Under the pieces are notes generated by a model. It worked only from the letters and a program-made list of their open reading frames with translations, had not been told where the DNA came from and did not search any database. A stretch of 64,000 bases of DNA. Source: Azolla caroliniana. Taxonomy: Eukaryota; Plantae; Polypodiophyta. A program made the translations under genes and the position numbers. The first letter of the stretch is position 1. Each line of letters starts with the position of its first letter. Shown here piece by piece: positions 28,320 through 41,130 of this stretch. The stretch is taken from the NCBI GenBank assembly GCA_043228905.1, contig JBHGNT010000008.1, positions 1,984,001 through 2,048,000 of the forward strand, read 5' to 3'.

Positions 28320-31300
28320 ATAATAGAGAATCCTGCTGAGGAGCACTCACTAAGAGGTCATCTCACTAAGGTCGTTTATGAAACATTACAACTGCATTTA
28401 TTTCATGGTGTCATGATACACAATTTTCAATTAACTGAAAAATTGACTTGATTTTTGAGATTGAAGAAGGTATACATACAGGGAAGGTCTGAACTTCCAG
28501 GGGTTTCAAAAATCTCTCAAACTAATTAAAAACTGAGAGCTTAATGGAACCGTTACTTGATGTGGTGGTGTCTTTGTATATTATCACCCCCCCCAATGTA
28601 CTTTAATGTTAACAAGGCCATTGGAATATGAAGAGATTCCAAAAGTAATTGCAAATATAAAGAGATGAAGATGGGATTCATGTTATTTTTTTTGCTTGCA
28701 TCTTTACCAACAACTCATAATTGGGTGTCCTACTGTGTCTTTGTTTGTACCTCAATTGTGATTATAGTTTGTAATGTTTGTTGTATTGTGGAAAATCTGT
28801 GTTTTACCATAGTTTCAACATGTCCCTTTTTATCAGTGGATGCCTTTTTTGTCTAGTAAGGTTAATGGTAAAACAAGAGGACTAGTGATGATTGATGGTG
28901 TAATTAAGAGCATGCAAAAATAATGTGCAACTAAAAAGCTGTAGCAAGTAATGCTAGTCAGGGTCATTCACCTAGATCCCTACACAAGTGAGGATGCAAA
29001 CCTGATTAGAAATGCAGGGTTTGTGGGAGTTTTAACCGAGTTTATATGAATGTAGCAGTGATTTGGTGGTGCCACTAAAGAGAAACCTAGCTTATTATGC
29101 AAGTTATTACATGAAATTTACAGAAACCAAAAGTAGATTGCATGAAATTTGGAGAAAATTACTTCATGGTTGGATGGGTTGAGTTTCTGTATTGTTTGTG
29201 ATCATGTGTGTTTCGTACAATGCCATTTTATTGGAGCACAAGCTTTAACAAAGACTATCCCAGAGTGGTTAGATGGTTTAATCTTCTGCACTGGGCACTG
29301 GGCCACATGCCCACATATGATCATTAGCATTACTTTCAAAACGCATGTTATGATCTCACGTCAGTTAAACATCATACTAGTTTCATATCCACACTCCAAA
29401 AAATTTCATTGCAATTATATGGTTATCAATCCTTCAAATTCAGGAATTTGCTTGTCATGGCACACAATAGTAAAGTGCTTTCAGATAAAGCTGAAAAACA
29501 TGAGATGTACAACAAAAATGCATATTGGATTGTATCAAATTGATGAAATATACAGTCTGCAATGGAAAACACTACTAAAGAGGTATTTGCATCCACTTTC
29601 AGAATGAAGTTTTGATCATGTTAGATATTTTAATTATCTGTATATGTTGGCAACCAATTACAATTATTTTATTTATTTTCTGAGCAAATATATTAAGGCC
29701 AAACTTAATATGCAAAATTCTGTCCATCCCCACATTTGTGCCCACTTATCAGAATGACGTTAAGATCATGCTGAATATTTCAATTGGTCTATTGAGGCAC
29801 TCAATCTTTTTATTTATTTGCTGAAAATATATATTAAAGGCCGAAACTAAAATGCAATGTCTTCAGTCCATCCCCAAAATGTTCAAAGAAGAAAATGATT
29901 CATCAGGGCAGGGCATTAGGTGTTACATCAAGAACTTTTCTCTCAGCAGCAAAAACATAAGGTTGATATGAAACAAATACAGGATATAACTAATCTGTAA
30001 TGTACAGATAAGCAGATATAACTGGTACGCTTCTCAATCTTCCCTACAGCTCTAGTTCTAAAGTTCCAGCATAAAAACGTTTTCAGCTTGCTATCGAGAA
30101 TCGTTTTGAAAATGTGCCTTCAATAGCTCGATATTAAGATAGTTCTAATGCTCGTTCTAATTCTGCATCAAATTCATCATCATCCAGCACACCTTTTTCT
30201 GTCAGCCCCTGTTTGAGTTCTTCCTCTTGACCTTTCTCAACTATATCTGTGTACTTGTGGTCAAGGGAATAGAAGTGCTTTCGTTTCTCAATCCAAGAAT
30301 AAGCACATTTCTTCAATTCCTCGCCTAAGGTAGGTCCAATGGTGCTTCCTGATACACAGTCTCCTCCTGCCTCATAAAAAATATAACCAACCCTCAGAAA
30401 CGATTCAGTTAGTGAGTCCATACAACCTTCATAAATAACCATAGAAAACCTGAATACATATGTTGTTTTGCAATTGCATACTCTCTGTTCAGTTGTGATA
30501 ATTCATCTAATCCCAAATCCTTAACCTTGTTAAAGAAAGATTCAGATGCAAACGAGGTTAATCTTATGCATTACAAATAATGTTTAAAAAAAGTAGAAAA
30601 ATATACATAAACAGAAAAAAATTTAAAAATTGTTTTCTATTTAATGTATACCTAATATCAGAAGCAACATTAAGTTCTTATTCAGAAAACATTTTGATTG
30701 CATGGCTGTATCCTTCTGACATCATATACATGCAATCAAGCATCTCCATAAAGTACCTTCTACTACCAATCCTAAGAATGCATACCAGATTCCCTTGAAA
30801 ATGACTCTTAGCTGCTGGAGTTGAAAATATCCTGGAAGTACCAAGATACTTTAATGTCAAAATTTTCCAATTTATTACACAATAAAAGTACAAGATTGAA
30901 TGCCCAAAAACTATGCCTTTCGCATTCTGCTCGTATATGCTCGCTAGTCTTACTCGGAAGCTTACTCATAGCTTCTTTCATCTTCCTCTTCAGATTGGTA
31001 GACACGAAACCATAAAGGAAGAAATCTCTCACCATCATTTTATTTACAATCCTCATAGCTGTCAGAGGTCCTTTAATTTTAGTTTCTCTAATGAGAAAGT
31101 AAATGTTCTCCAAATCATCTGCAAAAATAGTCCAGTTGAAATATCAACAGAGTATCCCTTGTGTGAGCTTCAATTTCCTGTCTAATTTTGGAATTTTCCT
31201 ACCCTCTGAAAACCTGGTTGAATACAATCAAGCGAAAAGCAATACTTGAATCTTTTCATAAGCCTCAATATAGTTGAATATAATAAAATTTTAATAATGC

Positions 31301-32655
31301 AATAGGCATCTTACATAAAATAGGGACAATGTCATGCTACTGTCTTGTTAAAATATTAATAGTGTACAACTTGCATGATTAATTTTTCATTTGCACTTTG
31401 AGTTATGTTCTACATATACTCTCTAAACCCCCTGACGGAAGAGCAATAAGTGAGAACCTTAATAAGTCAAAACCTAGTTTAAGTGTTATAGAAAGAAGGG
31501 GGGAACACCAAAATCTGTAACTTTTTAAAACTTTACCAGGACCACTCTATTGAAATATCCCGATACCTTTCATCATTTTCATATTTACGAAAATGGCCCA
31601 AACTATTACAAACTTTGACCCTTGAGGTGGAGTTGTAAATTCTTCTCAAATCAGATGATTACTTTGTCAAAGCCCCTCCTAGATCCCATGTTAATAAGAT
31701 AATTCCATGCAAGTCCTTCCATCCTTTCATACATGGATTGCCATTTGGCTAAGGCTTAACCCTTGAATCTTAGGCTAATAGGTAACCATTTTTATAATTC
31801 TCCTTCACTATTCACATACATTCACATAAATTTCTCTAGCTTTGCTTTGGGTCTTACCCTGAGCTTCCAATGTTCTGTTTCGGTTTCACATAACCACGCT
31901 CTAAAATATTACCAGCAGATAAATCCATTGTGTATCACGTCTTTCAAGCAGACTCAAAATATGTTTTAGAAATGATAAGGTTAGATCCAATAGGGAGTTT
32001 ATTGCAATTAAATATCTCTTCAACCTCTAACCAAATATTAAGCAAACAATAACCTGATGTTTTCAGTGTTTTATCCATTAAAGATGTTCATATAAGATCC
32101 CGAATACCTGGAGATAGGTAGATTTTTATTGGAGGTTTGGAAAACTGTGTTTCATAGAGTATATATAGCATGTACAATCCCCCAAGCTTTTTAGACCAAT
32201 ACATGTCTGTTTGTAGAAAGCCTATGACAACAAAAAAGAATAGCTTTTGAGCCTAGAATCATGCCATAAAAGCTGAAAACAGATGTAATGTTGTTACCTA
32301 AGGCATAGGAATACATTGCCTGCATAAAGAAACCTGGATCAATATTAGTTGGCTTAGCTTCATGGATAAATGAGAAAAGTCTGTCTTGCCAAAGTTTCTT
32401 CATCTGAGACAGCTCTACTCCACCAATCTGCAATTTAAAAAAATACCAAACTTGAAATTTGAATGCCTCCAAAGTGATGCAGAAAGGATCTCTCAAATTG
32501 GATGTTGAAGGCATTACCTATTAACATTGTTTCTACATAATAGCTTAGCGACATAGGGAAACTACCTAGTTTAAACTTGTTTTTACTTTCCACATATCTT
32601 CGACTCAACCCAATCGTTCCACAAATATCTCTTGTAAAATGAATATTACAATCAA

Positions 32656-32720
32656 TAACCTAATGGTAAGGCTTCAACCCATGTAGCGTAAGGTCACGGG
32701 TTCAATTCCTTTCCATAGGT
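32656..32720 (+). mobile_element. tRNA-derived SINE-like head (Pol III A and B boxes)
   Basis: A-box-like TAACCTAATGG at 32656 and B-box-like GGTTCAATTCC at ~32699; no complete cloverleaf seen. Confidence 0.45.
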
Positions 32721-32849
32721 CAAAATTGGCTCTTTATGGACAATAAAAATCTAGTTTTAATTCTAATTCTCATAGTTAGTGTGCACTCTCAAGTGCGGCA
32801 TTCATTAGTAAAGTTCTTGAACATCAAGAGTTGCTACTCACTTCTACGT

Positions 32850-33350
32850 GTACTACGTGAAAATGTTATATTTGTTGGGTCTCATAGGTCATATTTGACC
32901 TCTGAAGACAATAATAGAATTTTATGTGATACATCAATAGATTCCTTTGTGAACGACTTTTGCAATGCCAATGTATTACGTGAAAATGTTATGGTTTTTG
33001 GTTATCACATGTCATGTTTGACCTGTGAAGACAATAATACAATTTGCCATGATGCAAGAATAGATTCCTTTGTGAGTGAGGCATTTTTGTGAAGCCAATG
33101 TATAACATGAAGATGTTAAATTTTGAAGACAATAATAAAATTTTGAAGCCAATGTATATTTGACCTATGAAGACAATAATAAAATTTTGAGTCATGCATC
33201 AATAGATTCCGTTGTAAATGAGGCATTTTTGCAATGCCAATGTATCATGACATGGGAAAAATGTGGAGTCTCCAAAAGTCATTACTCAGTTTAATATGTA
33301 TTAATCTCATAGATCATACTTGACCTCCGAAGACGATAATAAAATATCTC
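32850..33350. repeat. Degenerate tandem repeat related to the 22590-22828 repeat
   Basis: Recurrent ACGTGAAAATGTTAT...CATATTTGACCT..GAAGACAATAATA units. Confidence 0.7.
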
Positions 33351-34349
33351 TCTCTATACAACTTAGCTCACATGCATTGCGATGTGAGACGGGGCGTTGG
33401 GGCACAAGCGATGAGAGTGGTTGACTATGCACACTTTGCCCTAAACAAGTTCGAGAGTCTGAGCAATCTGTGTAGTTGTCCCTAGTTCGAGAGTGTGAAT
33501 GTGGGCAAAGAGTATTAGATATCCTTATGACATAATCGTACTCGAGTGGATATCTTGATTAGATTCCACCAACCACATTTCATGTGACAATACCTTGAGG
33601 ACTTTAAAAGCCCCTTGGCCCATTGTGCTTAGTTGATCTTTAGTTAACTAATATAATTTTCTCTTTAGTGCATAAATTGTCATCCCCCTACTGTGTATTT
33701 TCTTATTTTTTGGTTATTTTCTCTGATTCCTTCTCTTGCCCGCACACCCACTCTCACACACACACTATGCTTCCGCATGCTCAACTCTACGAGAGCTAGA
33801 TTCTTTACAGAAACATTATTTACAATGGGTGTCACAATGGAGTATGGTCACCCACTAACTACATGGGTAGTGGAACAAGTTGAATCGCCAATAGGCAAAA
33901 CGAACACTCCTCTGACGAAAGAATTTCCACTTGCTCCAATAAAGAAAAAATTGTCACATTAGTACTCCTTGTAATTTTCGTACATATGCTTTGACTCCAT
34001 GCCTACAATCAAATACAAAAGCACTACACATATCTTAATTATGATGCAATCCCTAGTACCTTAGATATAGGACCAATCAATCCACAATTTCTCTTTTATT
34101 TGTAAGGTAAAGAACCTTCCATCAATGCAATATTTTGTAGTTGTTGCAAAACAAACCCATAATTAGGCGGGATGCATAATAATTGTTGTGTTTCAACAAA
34201 CTCCAAAATTCTTTGACACAATGCCTCAACTATATCTCTCAACTCTTTGACCCTTGAACGATTAAACTAAGAGCACAATCTCTCCTTTCCAGGGCCAACA
34301 TAATCTCTCTCTCTCTCTCTGCCAACATAATCTCTGCCCTCAACACACC

Positions 34350-35414
34350 ATGGAGTCCGAAGGGACAAACACTGAAAAGATGGATCTTAACACGCATGAT
34401 GAGGGTCTAGATCTATTGAAGACCACAAGAAGATATCATAGACGAAAAGGACGGGACCTAAATAGCGTCAAAAGGGCGCATAAGGAACCTAGAACGCAGG
34501 CCCCATCCGACATTCCATTCGATGTCGAAAATGGGAAACATGATCTTTTACGCCATTTGATTGCGCAAGAGATCAACCGTATTAGAGAAGATATCGAAAT
34601 AGCACTAAAGGAAGAAATGAAAAAGGAGATAGAGAAACAGAAATCAGAATTGTACGCCTCTATCAAGGCTGAGTTATTAGAAGAGATGCAGAAAGACATT
34701 ATAAGCCATGTGGAGAAATCACACTTAGAGCTCAAGGATGACATGACACAATACCTTAAGGATGAAATATCCTCAAGTAAGGTTGAGTTAGGAGCTATAA
34801 AAGTGGATTTCGAAAAAGGACAAGAAGCAGTGGAAAGATACATCTCTACAGTGAAAGCCAATGTCACGAAGGAAATGCAAACATGGGCAGACATCGCCAA
34901 AGATGCCAAAGCTCAAGCCGAGCACGCCCAAAACGAAATTAAAGCAAATGCTCCTTGGATAGAGGTAGTAAAAAAGCAAAAAGGAACATCCATGGATAGG
35001 ATGGCAATGATGAATGCTACTCTAGAAGAAGAAGCAAAGAGGAAAGCTCGTGCATTGCATGTACGAGTGGTTGGTTGGGCCGAAAAGGGAAGTCCACAAG
35101 AAGATGCCAAGAATCTCGCAACAAAGATTGGAGCATCGGATATTCCATTTGCTTCGGCGTGGAGAGTGGGAAGAGATGAGTCTAGAGCTAAAGCCCTTAT
35201 CATCCGCTTCATGGATATTGACAAGAAAAAAGCTTTCCTCTCTAAACGAAAGGCACTCAAGGGTGAAAAGATATACTTAGATGACGATCTCACTCCAGCC
35301 CAAGTGGCACACCGCAAAGAAAACATGCCACGAGTGCTTGATGCAAGAAAGGAAGGTAAATGGGCCGTATATAGAGACGGCAAGGTCATTATTACAGAGA
35401 AGAGAACTGCATGA
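34350..35414 (+). CDS. LINE ORF1 (coiled coil + RRM-like + C-terminal domain)
   Basis: Intact 354 aa; long coiled coil, then VRVVGW...AWRVGR...LIIRF...KIYLDDDLT as in L1-type ORF1 proteins. Confidence 0.85.
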   Translation: MESEGTNTEKMDLNTHDEGLDLLKTTRRYHRRKGRDLNSVKRAHKEPRTQAPSDIPFDVENGKHDLLRHLIAQEINRIREDIEIALKEEMKKEIEKQKSELYASIKAELLEEMQKDIISHVEKSHLELKDDMTQYLKDEISSSKVELGAIKVDFEKGQEAVERYISTVKANVTKEMQTWADIAKDAKAQAEHAQNEIKANAPWIEVVKKQKGTSMDRMAMMNATLEEEAKRKARALHVRVVGWAEKGSPQEDAKNLATKIGASDIPFASAWRVGRDESRAKALIIRFMDIDKKKAFLSKRKALKGEKIYLDDDLTPAQVAHRKENMPRVLDARKEGKWAVYRDGKVIITEKRTA

Positions 35415-35420
35415 CGATAT

Positions 35421-38400
35421 ATGGCCTATGAGACCCTACGCATGACCATATGGAATTGCAACGGCTCTCTACGGACAGATGTCGGATATTTTGAAGATAC
35501 ATTGAAAAACACAGATATTGATATGTATACCGAGACTCACCAATGTATGGCTAGCAAACTCCCTGAGGTCCAAGGATACAAATGGGAGTCAATATGTCGC
35601 CCCCAACCTCGGACACAAGGAAGCACTAGAGGTTCGGGAGGAGTGGCTATGCTATACAAAGAGGAGCTCCATGGTAGAGTGCATGTTGTACATAAGGATG
35701 TGGATGCACGCTACATGTGGATATGCATAAAAAGAGGGGATCTTAGGGAGCTATATATTGCAATTTGCTACTTTCCACCAGACTATTCAAGGTTTGCACC
35801 TCTAGGTGAATCACCATATCTACCACTATATGATGATATCATAAGATTTGCTACTATGGGGGATATAATACTATTAGGAGATTTTAATGCACGAACCAAG
35901 GATGAACAAACAACTATATTTAACACCAACGAGGCTGTCTATGGAGAAGTTATGGTGGAAGAGGTTGGTCTAAAGAGAAAAGCTCAAGATATGAGTGCTA
36001 TAACTGAATATGGAAAACACTTTCTAGCCTTGGGAAGCGCGCATGGACTTGTGATATATAATGGCTTGTCACAATGGCCTGGATCAGATGCTTTGACATG
36101 TTGGAACCCAAAAGGGGGCTCAAGCACAGTCGATTATCTAATGGGATCTCCATCTCTTATACCTGAAATAAAAGTGTTCATTATATCGGGAAGACCTATT
36201 GGCTTGGCAGCTGATCATGCATATCTACGCTTTGAGGTAAAGGATGGATGCACAAAGGATGTATATGCTAAGGAGAGTGGGCTGGCTAGGTATCTATTCA
36301 CTCGCGAGACAATTGATGTCTATAGTTGTGGTGTATACAATGGCATGCTAGATTTGGATCCTTTCGCACCCCTTGAAGAACTTACCCAAGGTTTATCCAA
36401 ATCATTGCATAAAGCAGCCACAAAAGCCTTCCCTCACACAACGGCTAACCCCCCCAAACTCGGTAGAGTAATACAAAATAGTTGGTATGATGATGAATGT
36501 CGTGATACAAGGAGATGCTTGCAACGTGATATAACTCGGGGCATTTATACATACAACCAAGCGAGAGCAACCTTCCAACGCCTCGTAAGGAGGAAGAAGA
36601 GATTGTATTTGGCTAAATTTGAAGATCATTTGTATCGCTTGTTTCTAGGACGAGAGAGTAAAAGAGCATGGAAAATGTTTAATGAGAGGCAACCCACCAC
36701 ACAACTGAGCGCACCTCAGGTGTGGCACGAATATGCAAAGGTCCTATATGATACCCCGGGGCAACCTCCTCTTCCCCACCCGAATGCCTCACGCCCACAT
36801 GAATCAACCTTCTTTACACCACAAAATGTAAGAAATGCCATTGATAGGCTACAATTCGGGAAGGCCCAAGATCATGATGGCTTGGTGGGTGAACACTTTA
36901 TCTATGCCCGTGACACCTTGCTCCCATTGCTAGCACACATCTTTAATCGAGCCATGTGCGAAGGTTTTCCTACTAGATGAACTCAACATACCATTGTGCC
37001 AATCCTTAAGAGTGGAGACCCCATGATGCCAAGCAACTATAGGACAATCATGATTGGCCATTACTCGGCTAAACTATATGGCTCGATTCTGGAATCAGAA
37101 TTGAGTATATGGGCAGAGCAAAATGGCTGCCGTTCAATTGGACAGGCAGGCTTTCGGAAGGGTTTCACAACTTTGGATCACATATTCACCCTCCGGGCCC
37201 TTATTGAGGAGGGCAGAGCCCACAATAAGAGGATTTATTGCTGCTTTGTGGATTTTCGAAAAGCCTTTGACACTGTGCCACGTGCTCGGCTTATGCAGCG
37301 GCTAGAGGCCATTGGTGTTCCTATAGATATGCAATGGGGAATCTATGCACTCTATGAATCTGTTTCAGGAAAAGTTCGGTCTCCTAAGGGCTTGTCAGAG
37401 GCGGTGGCCAGCACAATTGGCGTGAAGCAAGGATGCCCACTATCCCCCACACTCTTCGGTCTCTATATAGATGAGGTATCACAGTACATAGAGAGATTTG
37501 GTGGTTCCGGAGCACACCTAGCAGGTATAGCTATACAGATATTACTATATGCTGATGATATTGTGCTGATCTCTGACTCTCCGGAGGGACTACAAAGACA
37601 TCTAAATGCCTTAAAACTATTTTGTACGGACAAAGGTTTGTCAATCAACATGAATAAAACTAAAGTGATGGTGTTTAACACCACCCAAGCATGGGTAACA
37701 AGATCAGAACCAGAATTCTTCTTGGGAGAGGAAAAGGTGGAATACACACGCTCCTACACATACCTAGGAGTAACATTTACAGGACCTAGGTTCTCCTTAC
37801 AGGAGGCCGCTTGTGCCCGACTTTCTCGTGGATATGCAGCCCTGGGTGCTCTCGAAAGACAATGTGCACATTTGCAGTTCCAAGAACCACGGACTAAGCT
37901 GTGGTTATTTGATACACTTGTCACACCAACTCTTCTCTATGGAGTAGAGACATGGGGACCGAGTCTTAACAAGGCAAATCATTGGAAAGATTTAGAGAGA
38001 CCTTTAGTGTCAATGATTGCTCGCATGATAAGGAGCAAAGCATCGGTGCCCCACGATATAATCCGGGCAGAGATGGGAGCAGCACCTATAATAACCGAGG
38101 CATTGTTCCGATCAGTGACATTTATCCAATGTCTTTGGGAGCTCCCTAAACGAAGGTACCCAAGGTTGGCAATTATGTCATCAAGACAATTGGCTGAAAA
38201 TGGAGACACTCACTGTTGGTATGCTGAAATGCAACAATGGTTCGAGTCACATGGCATGAGTATAAATGCACTACCCCCGTTCCAATATAGCTTGGACTGT
38301 CCCCATCTCAATATGACCAAAGTGGAAAAGAATAGAGTGATCCGAACTGATATTATTAACTTAGAAAACAAGATAACATGGATCAGCCCCAAAATAGCAC

Positions 38401-39115
38401 TTGGTACAAAGATGGCCCACTATAAGACACACTTCTTACATACATCGGAGGATGGATTTGTCATAAGGCCACCTTATATGGACATACATCTATCCTATGC
38501 GCTGCATAGTGTGATAGGGCAGCTGCGAACCTCATCACATCAGCTACAGATTGAGGTGGGCAGATATACACGACTACCTCTAGAAGAGAGAATTTGCCAA
38601 TTGTGTCATCAAGGAGTGGAATCTGAAGAACACTATGTCATTGTAGTGTCTTTTATGAAACCAGAGGGAGATACCATTGCCTCTTTAAACAAGGCTTTGG
38701 CCCACTACGCAAGGTAATGGAATATGAGGACCAAAGATGCCTAGGACTTTTCTTGCTCGAGCTCAAGAGACATCGGGAAAAGTTGTTGAAGAATACAGCC
38801 ACACAAGCTCATCCACAAAGAACAATCACAACTTTCTTTAGCTCCATGACTCCTAATGCTAGAAGTCAACCCCAGGATACACAAATGGGATGCAGACCAG
38901 GATATAACAAAGGGGTTACGATTGATCGGGCAATGACAATTTGCCGTGCACGTAGGCCCCGGCCCCATGGACCACGACCTCGACACCCTTGTCATCGACA
39001 AATAAAAGCCATTATCTCCCGCCATCGTAGGTGCTTCCCTTGCTTCGGAGACATTTCCATTCTGGATCGACCTATGATAGAGATCTTTCGGAGACAAAAG
39101 CTACAATACACCTAA
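35421..39115 (+). pseudogene. LINE ORF2 (APE endonuclease, reverse transcriptase, CCHC) with one stop and one frameshift
   Basis: EN: WNCNG, ETH, GDFNA, STVDY, ADH. RT: QAGFRKG, DFRKAFD, GVKQGCPLSP, YADD. CQLC...EH..HC. In-frame TGA at 36978; a frameshift at ~38640 links to the 38717-39115 ORF. Confidence 0.92.
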
Positions 39116-39318
39116 CTTGAGAATCTTGCATGTGCCAAAAACCAGATTCTCTCGTCTCTTTTCTTTTCATCTTATTTACTTTTATATTTACTGTGTAATA
39201 TTTACTTTATTTTGATTTGTTCTCAAAGACGAGAAAACATTTAAGATGTAATCTCTTATTCGGTCTTATAGGCCATTTTGGCCTCTTAAAAGACGTTAAT
39301 ATATCTTTCTTTCTTTCT

Positions 39319-39344
<26 letters not shown>

Positions 39345-39355
<11 letters not shown>

Positions 39356-39815
39356 TTTTTGGCTTATGTATTGATAAATTAGAAGAAGTGGTGAATAAGG
39401 TTGCAAGAGAAGAAGGATTGAATGCCCCCAAATTGATGCAACATGTTATCTTATTGCTTCTATATGCACACGATGTGGCATGCTTCTCATATGATGTTGT
39501 TAGTATGCAACATTTACTTGGGGCATTAGAAGAATTTTGCCATAGTAGTTGACTAGCAGTGAATGTGGAGAAAACAAAAATGATGGTAGTGCAAACCATC
39601 CAACCTCATCATTACCCTATGCTCACATCTAGAGGTGAACATATACAATTTGTTCGAAGCTTTAAATATCTTAGTATTGATATACCCGCCACAAATAAAT
39701 GAAGTGCATGCTTTGATTCTAGGCTCCAAGCCAGCTGGAAATCATATTACCTTTTGGAGAACCAGTGCAACCACAATGATACTTGTGGATGGGGAATAAA
39801 ACTACTGTTGTTCAA
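39345..39815 (+). mobile_element. Older LINE RT fragment
   Basis: TLFGLCIDKLE...LLLYAHDV...VNVEKTKMMV...FKYL parallels the RT of the younger LINE. Confidence 0.8.
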
Positions 39816-39819
39816 TTGC

Positions 39820-41130
39820 AGGCCACTCTCATGTCCAATGGATACAAACTCAAAGCTATTTCGTGAAGACAATTCTCCCATATTTGAGGATATCATGAAA
39901 TATAGAAGGTTAATTGGGTTCCTTCTTCACTTAACTTATACCAAGCCTGATTTGTCCTATAGCGTGAGTATTCTTAGCCAATTCTCAAGTGCTTCAAGAC
40001 AAAGTCATTGGCAAGCAGTTATTCGAGTTCTTCGGTATTTGGCCAACACACTTGACTATGGTCTGTCTTTTAGAGGCGGCATTGAGCTTGGGTACTCAAA
40101 TGCTAATTAGGCAGGTGATATTGATTTTAGAAGGTCCACATCTAGCTATTGTTTTATGTTAGCTTCATGCTTGATTTCTTGGAAATCGAAGAAGCAAAAC
40201 TCAATTTCTACTTCATCGACAGAAGCTGAATATTGCGCCTACTTGGATACTTGTTGTGAGTTGCTATGGTTAATGCAATTGTTTTCACATTGGTGTTTGG
40301 CAAGTCTCTACTATTGTAGTTTTCACCGACAGCCGAAGTGCTCGTGCATTGGCAGCTAGCTCAACATTTCATGGTAGAACAAAACATATCTAAGTGCACT
40401 ACCATTTTGTTCGTGAATTAGTGAAATCACAAGTCATCAACTTGGCATATTGCCCTACTCAAGGAAATGTAAACCATTGATCAGCTCCTCAGTCGACTCA
40501 ATGTTGGACCACCGTTCTGGAGTTGAGAGGAGGTGTTGGAGGTGGCAGCTAGCTCAACATTTCATGGTAGAACAAAACATATCGAAGTGCACTACCATTT
40601 TGTTCGTGAATTAGTGAAATCACAAGTCATCAACTTGGCATATTGCCCTACTCAAGGAAATGTAAACCATTGATCAGCTCCTTGGTCGACTCAATGTTGG
40701 ACCGCCGTTCTGGAGTTGAGAGGAGGTGTTGGAGGGTGGCAGCTCCAGACTTGCACTCTCTTTCATCTTTATTATCTCTGTACTACATTCTCTCTCTTCC
40801 CAGATTCTTGTCTCTCTAGAATCTACAACTCTTTAAATGCCTTCTCTCTCTAGAATCTGCAACGCTTTAAATGCCTTTTCTCTCTTCCACTTTTTCTAAG
40901 ATATTCCCTCTTATTCCTAGTTTATTGTACCTGTTTGGTAGTACAAGAGCCACTTAACTACCAAACAACCATTTCACTCACTTTCCCCAATTTTGTATAA
41001 ATAGGCTATACCAGCCTCTTTTGTAAATACTTTTACTTTTGTTGCTTGTTTGTTGCTACTTAAAAACAAGCTCTATTCTTTGGCTGTGTCTCTACTCTTT
41101 GCAACCATTTTTTCTACTGCTGTCTAACAG
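39820..41130 (+). mobile_element. Ty1/copia 3' part (RT end, RNase H, PPT, 3' LTR)
   Basis: YRRLIGFLLHLTYTKPDLSYSVSILSQF, ISWKSKKQ...STEAEY, RTKHI.VHYHFVRE. PPT GAGAGGAGG directly precedes LTR TGTTGG (40727)...CTAACA (~41129). Confidence 0.88.

Larger units (their letters stand above)
34293..39340 (+). mobile_element. Near full-length non-LTR retrotransposon (LINE, two ORFs, RTEX/L2-like architecture)
   Basis: ORF1 + ORF2 (EN-RT-CCHC) + 3'UTR ending in (TTTC)n(TC)n. 5' end has a duplicated GCCAACATAATCTCT flanking a (CT)n run. Confidence 0.93.

Noticed and set aside
32656-32720. Functional tRNA gene
   Set aside because: A/B-box-like motifs only; no convincing acceptor stem or cloverleaf.
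38717-39115. Separate LINE ORF3
   Set aside because: It is the frameshifted C-terminus of ORF2 (HCSVFYETRGRY...KVMEYEDQ).
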